Source: Eledone cirrhosa
Lineage: Eukaryota
Reading direction: 5' to 3'
DNA length: 64,000 nt
Assembly: GCA_964016885.1 (NCBI GenBank)
Contig: OZ024740.1
Coordinates: 343,728,001-343,792,000 of the forward strand
The position numbers and the translations under genes are program-made. Shown here one piece after another: positions 1 through 11,967 of this stretch. The notes under the pieces are model-generated. The model made no database searches. It was not told the DNA's origin and saw nothing but the letters and a program-made list of their open reading frames with translations. Position 1 is the first letter of the stretch. Each line of letters starts with the position of its first letter.

Positions 1-1301
1 AGGTCGAGCGGAGGTGGCGAATGCGTACATCGCATCCGTCATCTACTACCGCCTGACCGTCGTACCTTGTCCTAAGCCCCGCCTGACTGCGCTGGAGCGT
101 TTGCTCTTTCGCTTCTTGTGGAAGGGACGCGCTCCGATGGTCAGGCGGTCCATCTGCTGTCAACACCCGCTACGTGGAGAGCTGGGCATGCCGTGGCTGA
201 TGATGCGCAGACACGCGCTCAGGCTACGACATCTCCACCTCTTCCTCGACGGTGATCAGGTGTGGTCGCCGTTTGCAAGACACGTTTTTCCCCAGCTCGT
301 CTCCTTGACGGAGCTGCAGTCCTGGGTCAAGCGAAGACCGAGAGGGAGCGCTTGGAGACTGGAATGTCTTCAGGCGCTCACAGCCCTCGACCAATCGGGC
401 AATGTGATCGGTGGAAACTCCACCTTGGCGTTCTATAGGGGATTAGTGGAGGGGAAGAGCGACGACGTACTTGGAGAAACTCTAGGCGTCGACGAAAATC
501 AACTAGCCAATCTCTTCGGAGGGACTTTCGGGCCGGGACCTATGGACAACTTCCAGAAATCCCTGGCCTGGCAGTGCTACCGAGGAGCTTTGCCAGTTCG
601 GGATAAACTCTACAGGCATGGAGGTGCCGTCAGCCGGGCATGTCCGAGATGCGCGCAGGGCGACGAAACCGTCCTGCACGCACTCGTCTAGTGTCCGAGC
701 ATTGCTGACTTGTGGGTTTATGTCGAACACCTGCTGTCACGTGTAGGACGGATCCAGCTATCAGCTGAGTCCATCGTGAGGATTGCCCCGCCCCCTTCCT
801 TTAGCCTGGAAGGGCAGGCAGTTTTTATCTGTCTGGTGGCCATGGCGAAAGAGATAGTATGGTGGACACGTTTGAAAGGGCTGAAGACGAGCACTTACCT
901 CTTCGGTGATGCCCTGATTAACTTTTTCAAATTTCATTTGAAAAGGAAAATCAGGGTAGAGAGGGAAGTGCTCTCTTCCCAGCATTTTGTTGAAAGATGG
1001 GTGAGAGAAGCAAGTATGGCCCGAATGAATGGGCCTTCTCTGAGTATGTGTCTGTAAATTAAAGGTGGAAAACTGGGAGAGGGCACTTGCCCTGGTGGTC
1101 AGGGCCACTGTGGTCTTTTAATGGGCTTTCTCCACAAATGTCCCTTGGAAGTCTCCCCCCTATTGGGGAATTTTTCTTTGTTATTTTATTTCAACCTCTG
1201 TTTTTTTTACACGCAGAAATGCCCATTTGTACCGTCCTGTATTGTCCTGTACTGTCCTTAATGTCTACTTTATGTGAACCCTTGTGGTTAATAAAGAAAA
1301 C
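1..1301 (+). mobile_element. Tx1-clade (L1-group) LINE, 3' fragment: ORF2 C-terminus with zf-RVT-like CxxC..H..C, 3' UTR and AATAAA, ending at (ATT)n
   Basis: ORFs 14-691 and 710-1057 (GELGMP, ALPVRDKL, CPRCAQGDETVLHALV*CP); near-identical to 5523-6829; in-frame stop at 689. Confidence 0.85.
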
Positions 1302-1311
1302 ATTATCATTA

Positions 1312-1391
<80 letters not shown>
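1302..1391. repeat. (ATT)n microsatellite
   Basis: Direct reading. Confidence 0.97.
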
Positions 1392-1482
1392 CATCCTTAC
1401 GGGGCCGATAAAATAAAGTACCAGTAATGCACTGGGTATTGCTGGCCTTGTGCCAAAAGTAGAAACAATTATTATTATTATT
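1392..1482 (+). mobile_element. SINE 3' fragment with ATT tail
   Basis: Matches 3' half of SINE at 30135-30324. Confidence 0.85.
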
Positions 1483-1483
1483 A

Positions 1484-2051
1484 CTCTTCTTTGAGTCTCA
1501 GTCATTGATGTTATTTAACTGGAAAGTTTGTTGAAATGAATATCAAGCCACTACCTGCAGCCTCAGATATTCAGGACGTATCGGAGGGTTCTTGATGTTC
1601 CCAGCAAGCATGCCTTTTGAAGTGTTCCAAAAAGCGGCGCTGGACTAATTTTCTTTAACCATCCTTGGAAACTCTTTGAGATAGTACCTAGTGCGCCTAT
1701 GACAATCGGGACGACCTTGATTTAATGGCAGTTCCAAATCCTTTTTAACTCCCACTTTAATTCCTGGTATCGGTTAATTTTTGCCCTCTCCTTTTCTTGC
1801 ACTCTCGTCTCAAATGGGCAGGCTGCATCTACAATCAGGCACGATCTTTTTTCCTTGTCCAAAACCACCAGGTCAGAGCTATTGTGTTCTAATTTCTTGT
1901 CCGTCTGTATCCTAAAATCCCATAGCACCTTCACCTGATCGTTTTCTATCACCGACTCTGGCTTATGCTCATACCACTTCTCAGAATGTGGTAAATTCTT
2001 TACTTTGCATAGGTGCCAGTGGATCACCCTGCCCATCACATCATGTCTCCA
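1484..2051 (-). mobile_element. R4/Dong-clade RLE LINE 3' fragment (more diverged subfamily)
   Basis: RHDVMGRVIHW...SDLVVLD...IVDAACP RLE motifs; homologous to 6860-7445. Confidence 0.85.
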
Positions 2052-2742
2052 GAACTGGTCAGGTATAGACATGCAAATGCTTATACAAATTGACCAGGAA
2101 TGTATCGACGCTATCCCCGATATCATAGACATCGAGGAAGGACTCCAACTCCCTATAAGCGTAGAAGGAAGACGGCCAAAATGTTATCTCTGTGGGTAGA
2201 AGGGTCACCTCAGGGCCTTTTGCCTGCAGAAGACAGCAAATAAGAAGGCCCCTCTCCTTCCAATACCTGGTCCGCTGCTACCAAGAGCAGGGCAGGCAAC
2301 AAACGCAGAAGCCCCTTCCACGGTGAGTAGGAGGGCAACGTCCGTGGCACCCGTACGAAGGCCACGGACAACTAAAGCAACAGCATCAGTGGCGACAACG
2401 CCAATAGCTACATTTGAAGTAGCTACACCAGCAACAAAATTGCCGAAGAGGGCTCCACTACCACCACCAACAGCTGTGGAGCACATACCCCTCCCAGACG
2501 CTCCGGAATCCGACATGGAGTTTGAGGCGGGAGTGAAGTGGCAAACCGTTTTTCTGGCATACCGTTTCCCACTTCACTCCCGCCTCAAACTCCATGTCGG
2601 ATTCCGGGGCGTCTGGGAGGGGTATGTGCTCCACAGCTGTTGGTGGTGGTAGTGGAGCCCTCTTCGGCAATTTTGTTGCTGGTGTAGCTACTTCAAATGT
2701 AGCTATTGGTGTTGTCACCGCTTGTGGCCAATAAAGAAATCA
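2052..2742 (+). mobile_element. Rearranged mini-Tx1: ORF1 zinc-knuckle fragment, fold-back inversion and Tx1 3' terminus
   Basis: PDIIDIEEG..VEGRRPKCYLCG*KGHLRAFC is homologous to 4250-4430; 2394-2549 is inverted at 2560-2718; CTTGTGGCCAATAAAGAAA matches the Tx1 3' end. Confidence 0.7.
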
Positions 2743-2760
2743 TTATTATTGTTGTTGTTA

Positions 2761-3107
2761 TTCCTTGAATCTCAGTCATTGATGTTGGTTAACTGGAAAG
2801 TCCGTTGGATTGAATATCAAGCCACTACCTGCAGCCTCAGATATTCAGGACGTATCGGAGGGTTCTTGCTGTTCCAAGCAAGCATGCCTTTTGAAGCGTT
2901 CCAAAAAGCGTGAAGGGGCCGATTTTCTTTAACCATCCCTGGAAACTTTTGGAGATAGTCCCCAGTGCGCCTATGGCAATCGGGATCACTTTGACTTCAT
3001 GGCAGTTCCAAATCCTTTTCACCTCCCACTTTAGGTCCTGGTATCGGTTAATTTTCTCCCTCTCCTTCTCTTGCACTCTCGTGTCGAACGGGCAGGCCAC
3101 ATCCACA

Positions 3108-3108
<1 letters not shown>
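2761..3108 (-). mobile_element. R4/Dong 5'-truncated copy (~348 bp)
   Basis: ORF 2837-3106 DVACP...IPIAIGALG...LQKACLLGT; flanked by ATT repeats. Confidence 0.9.
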
Positions 3109-3167
<59 letters not shown>

Positions 3168-6100
3168 GGGGACCTACGTAGGAAATCGTATCATCGTGAG
3201 CCCCGCAAATGTGTGTGGTTTTCGTTTGTTTAGAATTGCCATTTATGGAAAATTTTTGATGTTAACTGTTTATAAGGTCACAAAATTTGCTTTCGGAAAA
3301 GGACACTCAAAAAGATTGGGGCCTTGAGCCCAAAATTTAAACTTTTATAATTATCAAACAAAAATTTTTTTGAAAATATCATGGATGACTCACAGTCACA
3401 CCTTCCTCACAAACTAACACCTCACACCGACACCACCATTGTAAATATTACTACGTTTGCCAACACTAAAAATATAAGCAGTAGCAATAATTTAAATTTG
3501 ACTCATGCAGACATTCATTTCCCGCCATTACCAATGACTGCAGGTGTTGAAGCCGCCACCAATACCACCACCACAGCGACAACAGAAACAAAAGAAAAAA
3601 ATAAATTATCTCGTGACATCGAAATGGATTCACCCAGAATGGACTCTTCCACACCGAACACCACTGACGCCACCACCACCACAACTAAAACTAAAAATAA
3701 CAATAACAAAAATAACAATAACAACAACAGCAACAACAACAATGATAATAACATCGTGTCATTTGCGAAGGCAGCCAAAAAATGCGAGACAATCCAGGTA
3801 ATTCAGGAGGAATTAGATGAAGCCAAGAAAATGGTAAAGAAAGATGGGTACAGGCTCATCCCCCCCCCCCACCAAATAAAATGGAGCATCGGCGCCTATG
3901 CACTGTGTCTTATCGGACGATTAACATAAAATCGCGCCGAGTGGAACGGGCATCCTAGTCCCAAATCCCAAAAGCTTTGGGACATGTGTGGGCAAAGAAA
4001 ACCCACATCAGCCGTGGGCAGAAATATGGAACCGTGGACGTGTTCTTTGGAACACCACAGGAGGCCAGAGAACACTCCATGGCCCCATTAAGAAGTGACG
4101 ACTTCACACCCAAGCTATTGTGGCCAGACTCGTGAAGATCAGGGTGACCCACGTTCCACCGGCCATCGAAATTCCCGGCCTAATGGCTGACGTCCTCGCC
4201 GGCATCGAGGCCAACACCAAGATAATCGAAATAGCGAAAGAAAAGCAGGAGACTGGTCCGGATCTGGGATGGAGCCCCTGATCCAAGCGGACCAAAAAAG
4301 CATTGAGGAGATCCCAGAGGTAATAGACCTCACTGACGGCAGCCACCTCACCGTAATCGTCGAGGGCAGAGGGCCTAGGCGTGTCGTTTGTGGTGAAGGA
4401 ACCGACCTAAGGGCTTTCTACCCTCAGGCTAAAAGGTTGAGGCCACCTCTCTTACCCACCCCAGTGACTCAACCATCAACACTACCAGTAGCAGAAATGG
4501 CTGCAACAACTGTAGCAGCAACAACAGAAGCAACTGGAACAGCAACAACCCCAGCAACAGTAGCAAAACCAACACCACCACCACCCAACGCGCCAGAACT
4601 AGCACCAGCGCCTACACCATCCACCACGCCACAACCAAAACCAACGCCTGTGGAGGATTTTCCACTCCCCGACCTATCGCAACTGGAAACAGATTGTGAC
4701 GACGAGGAGTGGGAAACGGTATCAGGAAAAAAGAAAAAAAGAAAAAGAAAGACAAAAAAGAAAAAAATCATCTTCCTTCCCCCTCCAAAAACAAAATACA
4801 GAGGGAAACAAATGAACTATCAAACAAAAAAGTTAGGACAGCTATGCCACCACCCACACCAGCATTACCAACCCCATCACCACTAACACCAACACCATCA
4901 CCATCATTAACCCCAACACCACCATCACCAACACCACAAAAGTCACCAAAAAGCGAAACAGAAACAAACCCACAACAAACGCAAACAAAACAAAACAACC
5001 AGGCTGGATCGCTGCCATGCACAGCGACATCTGCTCTGTGGTGAGAGTGAACTGTCACCTTTCGGAACCGTTCAACATTATGCGCTCGGTCCGCCAAGCA
5101 TGTCCCCTCTCATCCCTCTTGTACGTATTGACTCTGGAGCCATTACTGCACAAACTGGAGACGTTGAGGGGGACCCGCGCGAACTAGGATGCGGAAGATC
5201 CGTCTCAGCATATGCGGACGATGTCACCGTAGTGGTGTCGAACGCCAAACACATCGAGGCGATCGGCACTCCACTAAGAGAATACGAAGCTGTGACAGGA
5301 GCAATGATCAACCATTTAAAGTCAGTGGGCCTGCAGCTCGGCACCTGGAGAGGCAGGTCCATGCCGTCCAACAGCGTCGTCGGGCGCTGGACGGACGAAC
5401 CGGTTAAATTGCTAGGGGTCTGGTTCGGTCCGGACCTCCAGACGGACAAAAACTGAGACGAGGTGACGAGCAGGGTGACTTCTCTCACCCCAAAATGGGC
5501 GGAGAGGAAGTTATCCCTGAAAGGTCGAGCGGAGGTGGCTAACGCGTACATCGCGTCCGTCATTTACTACCGCCTGACCGTCGTACCTTGTCCTAAGCCC
5601 CGCCTGACTGCGATGGAGCGTTTGCTCTTTCGCTTTTTGTGGAATGGACGCGCTCTGATGGTCAGGCGGTCCCTCTGCTGTCAACACCCGCTACGTGGAG
5701 GGCTGGGCATGCCGTGGCTGATGATGCGCTGGCACGCGCTCAGGCTACGACATCTCCACCTCTTCCTCGACGGTGATCAGGTGTGGTCCCTGTTTGCTAG
5801 ACGAGTATTTCCCCATCTCGTCTCCTTGACGGAGCTGCAGTCCTGGGTCAAGCGAAGACTGAGAGGGAGCGCTTGGAGACTGGAATGTATTCAGGCGCTC
5901 ACAGCCCTCGACCAATCGGGCAATGTGATCGGTGGAAACTCCACCTTGGCGTTCTATAGAGGATTAGTGGAGGGGAAGAGCGACGACGTACTTGAGGAAA
6001 ATCTAGGCGTCGACGAAAATCAACTAGCCAATCTCTTCGGAAAAACTTTCAGGCTGGGGCTTATGGAGAACTTCCAGAAATCCCTGTCCTGGCAGTACTA

Positions 6101-6829
6101 CCGAGGAGCTTTGCCAGTTCGGGATAAACTCTACAGGCATGGAGGTGCCGTCAACCGGGCATGTCCGAGATATGCGCAGGGCGACGTACCCGTCCTGCAC
6201 GCACTCGTCCAGTGTCCGAGCATCGCTGACTTGTGGGTTCATGTCGAACACCTGCTGTCGCGTGTAGGATGGATCCGGCTATCAGCTGAGTCTATCGTGA
6301 GGATTGCCCCGCCCTCTTCCTTTAGCCGGGAAGGGCAGGCAGTTTTTATCTGTCTGGTGGCCATGCCTTAAGAGATAGTATGGTGGACACGTTTGAAAGG
6401 GCTGAAGACGAGCACTTACCTCCTCGGTGATCCCTGATTAACCTTTTCAAATTTCATTTGAAAAAGAAAATCAGGGTAGAGAGGGAAGTACTCTCTTCTC
6501 AGCATTTTGTTGAAAGATGGGTGAGAGAGGCAAGAATGGCCCGAGCGAATGGGCCTACTCTGAGTATGTGTCTGTAAATTATAGGTGGAAAACTGGGGGA
6601 GGGCACTTGCCCTGGTCGTCAGAGTCACTGTGGCTTTTTAATGGGCTTTCTCCACGAATGTCCCTCGGAAGTCTCCCCCGTACTGGGGAATTTTTTATTG
6701 TTATTTTTTTGTTACATCCTCTGTTTTTGTTTTTTACACGCAGAAATACCCATTTGTACCGTCCTGTATTGTTATGTACTGTCCTTAATGTCTACTTTAT
6801 GTAAACCCTTGTGGTTAATAAAGAAAGCA
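3168..6829 (+). mobile_element. Tx1-clade LINE with 5' UTR and frameshifted ORF1; internal deletion at ~5000 removes the endonuclease and N-terminal RT; RT C-half and zf-RVT retained
   Basis: ORF1 pieces 3381-3929 and 4269-4886; RT motifs SVRQACP, SAYADDVT, LLGVWFG, GGLGMP; (ATT)n on both sides. Confidence 0.85.
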
Positions 6830-6859
6830 TTATTATTATTATTATTATCACTATCACTA

Positions 6860-9800
6860 TTCCTTGAATCTCAGTCATTGATGTTGGTTAACTGGAAAGT
6901 CCGTTGGAATGAATATCAAGCCACTACCTGCAGCCTCAGATATTCAGGACATATCGGAGGGTTCTTGCTGTTCCCAGCAAGCATGCCTTTTGAAGCGTTC
7001 CAAAAAGCGTGAAGGGGCCGATTTTCTTTAACCATCCCTGGAAACTGTTGGAGATAGTCCCCAGTGCGCCTATGACAATCGGGATCACTTTGACTTCATG
7101 GCAGTTCCACTTTGACTTCATGGCAGTTCCAAATCCTTTTTACCTCCCAGTTTAAGTCCTGGTATCGGTCAATTTTCTCCCTCTCCTTCTCTTGCACTCT
7201 CGTGTCGACGAATGGGCAGGCCACATCCACAATCAGACACGATCTTTTTTCTTTGTCCACCAGGTCAGGTCTATTGTGTTCCAGTTTTTTGTCCGTCTGT
7301 ATCCTAAAATCCCACAGCACCTTCACCTGATCGTTCTCCATCACCGCCTCTGGCTTATGCTCATACCATTTCTCAGAATGTGGTAAATTGTTTACTTTGC
7401 ACAGGTGCCAGTGGATCACCCTGCCCATCACATCATGTCTCCAGCCCTTATAGTGGGTCTGGGCTAGGTGTTTACACTCAGATACAATGTGAGCCACAGT
7501 CTCCTCTTCTCAACCAGTTCCATGTCTGTGGATCTCTAAATTCAGTTTTCTCAAAGAAGGTACTATGAAGGGATTTTCCCTGAAGGCTGCTCTTTCTCCT
7601 TGATGTTATTTCCTCCTTGGACATCCCCTGGCCTATTGTCCCCTCCTTCAGTACAGTTCTGAGCATTGGCTCCTTACTATCAGTCACGTATTTGTGTAGG
7701 TTGTTTTTCTCCATCTGAACACAGTCCTCTATGCTGATAAGACCTCTTCCACCCTCAGATCTCCTTAGGTAGAGTCTATCGACATCACTCCTCTTGTGGA
7801 ACATGTTGTAGATAGTCAATAGCTTCCTAGTCTTCCTATCCATTTCTTTTTGTTCAGCAACATTCCATTTCAGAATTCCCGCACTGTACCTAATAATAGA
7901 CACAGCTCGGGAATTTACTGCGCTTATGGCATTTCTGCTGTTCAGATGTGACTTCAATACGCTCCTTACTCTCCGAATGTATTCAGTTCTTAACAATTCC
8001 TTCGTTTTTTTGTTCTTTATGCCATCAGCCTCCAGAACGCCCAAATACTTGTATCCTTCCTCTGAGTCAATTTCCTTTATCATCTCACCTGTTGGTATCT
8101 GGATTCCGTTACTTCTGCTCAACCTACCCCTCCTCATCACAATGACTCCACACTTACTAATACCAAACTGCATACATATATCACTGCTGAAAATACGGAC
8201 AGTGTCAACAAGCACATCCAACTCCTTCTCGCTCTTCCCGAAGAGCTTAAGATCGTCCATGAAGAGGAGGTGATTGATGGTAAGCCCTCCTTTTCCCAAC
8301 TTGTATCCTGCTCTCACTTTTCGCAGCACAATGGTCAGGGGCATCAGGGCAAGGACAAACAACAGAGGGGACAGGCTATCTCCCTGGAAGATACCTCACT
8401 TGATCTTCACGCTTCCCAAGGATTCTCCAGTTGACGTCAACTCTGTCTCCCAGGACCTCATACTCCTGCCCAGCAACTGTCTGATGTTATCTGCCACCTT
8501 GAAGATCTCCAGGCTTTTGGTGATCCAAGAATGAGGCACCATGTCAAATGCCTTTCTGTAGTCTATCCATCCCATTGCAAGATCAGTGTGTCTCCTCCTG
8601 CAGTTCCCCATTACCATCTTATCAATAAGTAACTGGTCCTTTGTACCACGTGACTTCTTTCGGCATCCTTTCTGTTCGTCCGGTAACAAGTTGTTTGTGT
8701 GGAGGTGATGGTAGATTTCCTCAGACACAATGCTCGTCAACAGTTTCCACATTACAGACAGACATGTGATAGGTCTATAGTTGGTAACATCATTACCCTT
8801 CATTCGGTCTTTCATTATCAGAACTGTGGTACCTTTTGTCAACCATTCTGGTACCTCACCTGACATCAAGCAGTCATTGAACATGGCTGTCAGTTTCGGG
8901 TGGAGGGATGTTAAGTTTTTAATCCAATACCCCTGCACACCATCTGGGCCTGGTGATTTCCAGTTGGTTAGTTTTTTGGCCTGCCCCTTAAGAGTTTCAA
9001 CTGTGATACTCAAATCAGTTTGTTGGTGTGCCTGCTCACCGATCTCCCTCTGTACTGTCTCAATCCACCCTGCCTTGTCATTATGTCTAACATCCTGCTC
9101 TCATATTCCTCTCCAGAATGTTTTAGTTTGTTCCGCCTCAGGGATCAAGTCGTTGCCTCTTTCTTTCCCCTCAAGCTGTCCAAACAGCATCTTCTCGTTG
9201 TTGTCGAACATGCGGTTCTGTTTATACTGACTGACTCTGTTCTCGTATCGCCTGATTTTTGCACTCTTTGCTACAATGCGTTGCTTCAGTTCCTCTATGA
9301 TAATATTTAGCTTTTTCCTCCTAGTTTTGTGCTTTATTTCCAGTCTATTTTTAGTGTCTATGTTTTTTAGTGTCCCATTCAGTAGTGACTCAAGCTTTCC
9401 AATGTCATTTCTCATTTCCCTGATTTGACCACTCAGTCGTTTCTTCCACCAAGGCTCTGCTCTTTCTTGTCTGTTGTTTCCTCTCGCTTTTATACCAAGT
9501 AGTTTCCTCACCGTATTTGCTGTTGCTTTGAGGATATTGTTGCACTGGTGAAGGCTCCTCGCCTCAAGGTATGGGATGACTTTGTTTACCCTAGCTATTG
9601 TTTCTTTTAACTTTTTCCTGTCTACAAATCTTAGGTTCACATGTCTCCCACTATCATTGTTCAATTCATCTACCACTAGATTTAGGATGTCAACCGAATC
9701 TTGTCCTAGCCCGTCAGCATTCATCTCCTCAGTGGCCGTATCTCTGTTCCAGGTATTATTTATCTCAGTATTCAGATCATTGTCTGCTTCGGGTGGTTCC

Positions 9801-10360
9801 TCCGTTCTCTCGACCTCTTCACCTTCATTTCCCACTGGCTCGTTTGCCTGGCATACTCCACCCTCCATCTCCAAGCTAATCTCTCTGCTCAGTTCCTCCA
9901 GTTCCAGCTCGCTTATCCACCCATTAGTTCTTATTACCCGAGCCTGCCCGGCCAATTTTTGTTCATCTAATTTAAATAGACCAATCTCGTTCCAGATGTT
10001 ATGCATCCGTCTCCTATAGCCCCTCTCCTTGGGGTTACTTTTCAGGTAACATTGCATAACAGTTCTATTCAATTTTTTCGTGCAGTTGGTTCTGGTCCTT
10101 TTCCTTCTTCTTCCTCCGACACCAGCAGTATTTGGTTGACAGTAAGGTTGCTGCTGCTGAGCCAGGGAGCACCTGTTGGGTGAGAGTCTGTCACATGACG
10201 TTCTAGTCTCCATTTCACCGTTATTCGAACTGTTTAGGTTCGATATTTAAACACTCTTATCGAGGATTGGCGAATGTATGGTTACATAGCCAACTGTGGT
10301 TTCACCGTCTCCGGTGGTTGCGCCGCTCCACTTGGTTCTTGTGTGGCATCATCAACACGC
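6860..10360 (-). mobile_element. Near full-length R4/Dong-clade retrotransposon (single RT+RLE ORF, disrupted)
   Basis: ORF pieces 9101-10213 (PWWKKRL), 8396-9013 (KSPGPDG, NYRPITCL, WIDYRKAFD), 7478-8362 (HLLFMDDLK), 7096-7497 (RHD, RPDL); 5' boundary uncertain (10260-10440). Confidence 0.92.
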
Positions 10361-10439
10361 TGTAGACGAACACAAATAAACAAACAAACACACAGGCAGA
10401 AAAAACCCCAAAAATGAATAAGCATAAGTTTCATTGTAA

Positions 10440-11490
10440 TGTAGTGTTTGAATGTCTGACTTAGTTTTTCCCTTCTCTTCTCTGTCCGTCCGCTTGTTTC
10501 TCTCTTCATTGTTATTTTCTTTACGTTTTTTTTTTTTTTTTGTTTTTGTTTTTTGTTGTTTTTGTTTTTCTCTTTTTTTGCTGTTGTTGCTGTGCTGCTT
10601 TAGTTTTGATGTTTGTTTTTTCTTTTTTCTTTTGAGTCTATCTATATATTTTGATGCCTTCCTCTTTTTTAGTAGGAATTCTATAATGTGGTGGCAGCAA
10701 CTAGCAGGAAGCAATGGGAGAGAGAATAGCGGCGGTAGCGATACTGAGACAGTGGTGGTGGTGATGTCGATACCAAGGCAGTGGCGGTGGTGATGTGGTC
10801 GTATTACTGTAGTGATGGTGTTGTAGCGGTGGTAGCAATGAAGGAGTGGTGGCGGCGGTGATGGGGTAGTGGTAGTACTGATGGCAGTGGTGGTGGTGAT
10901 GTGGTCTTATTACTGTAGTGATGGTGTTGTAGCGGTCGTAGCAATGAAGGACTGATGTCCGTTCGGTGAATCTATGGGGTTAGTCGCGTATATGACCTAA
11001 ATTCCCTTAATGTTGGGATTAACCATTTTGTTAAAACTTGGGACAATAATAATAGTATTTATTATTATCATTATTATGTTGAGATTGGTTGTGGTGGTGG
11101 TGAAATTGCCGTTATCTGGCTGTTGTGTTTAGTGTACACAGAGAGGTGATGGGGTAGGTGGTGTATCTAGTTTCTGGTGCTGGTGAGATTGGTGTTGTTT
11201 GGCTGTTCTATATAGTGGAGACAGAGGAGGGGGGGGGGGGGTTCTTCTTTCATTTATAGCCATTTTCTTTTTTGAATGTACAATACAAAGTTGAATATTT
11301 GAATATTTGAGCCTTATAACAATATATTTTGGGTCCGAATTTTTTTGGGGCTCAAGCCGGATGCTTTACGTAGCATTTGTACTAAGAGTTGTTATTTGAC
11401 AAATGATTTAAATATGTTAAAAATTCAAAACTTACGGGAGCGATTTCATGACCTTCTACCACCTCGTGCGTCTTCTTCCCTATTCTTCCC
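10440..11490 (-). mobile_element. Probable Tx1-like 5' UTR/ORF1 fragment on minus strand
   Basis: Same low-complexity architecture as 3168-5000 (Thr/Pro-rich then Lys-rich tracts; GAGCCC(C)AAAA in leader); no conserved domain recognised. Confidence 0.45.
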
Positions 11491-11501
11491 TATTATTATT
11501 A

Positions 11502-11545
<44 letters not shown>

Positions 11546-11555
11546 GTTATTGTTA

Positions 11556-11902
11556 TTCCTTGAATCTCAGTCATTGATGTTGGTTAACTGGAAAGTCCGT
11601 TGGATTGAATATCAAGCCACTACCTGCAGCCTCAGATATTCAGGACGTATCGGAGGGTTCTTGCCGTTCCAAGCAAGCATGCCTTTTGAAGCGTTCCAAA
11701 AAGCGTGAAGGGGCCGATTTTCTTTAACCATCCCTGGAAACCTTTGGAGATAGTCCCCAGTGCGCCTATGACAATCGGGATCACTTTGACTTCATGGCAG
11801 TTCCAAATCCTTTTCACCTCCCACTTTAGGTCCTGGTATCGGTTAATTTTCTCCCTCTCCTTCTCTTGCACTCTCGTGTCGAACGGGCAGGCCACATCCA
11901 CA

Positions 11903-11967
<65 letters not shown>

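Noticed and set aside
10255-10360. HDV-like or hammerhead ribozyme at the R4 5' end
   Set aside because: Could not assign the required pairings or core by eye; kept only as a structured-leader finding
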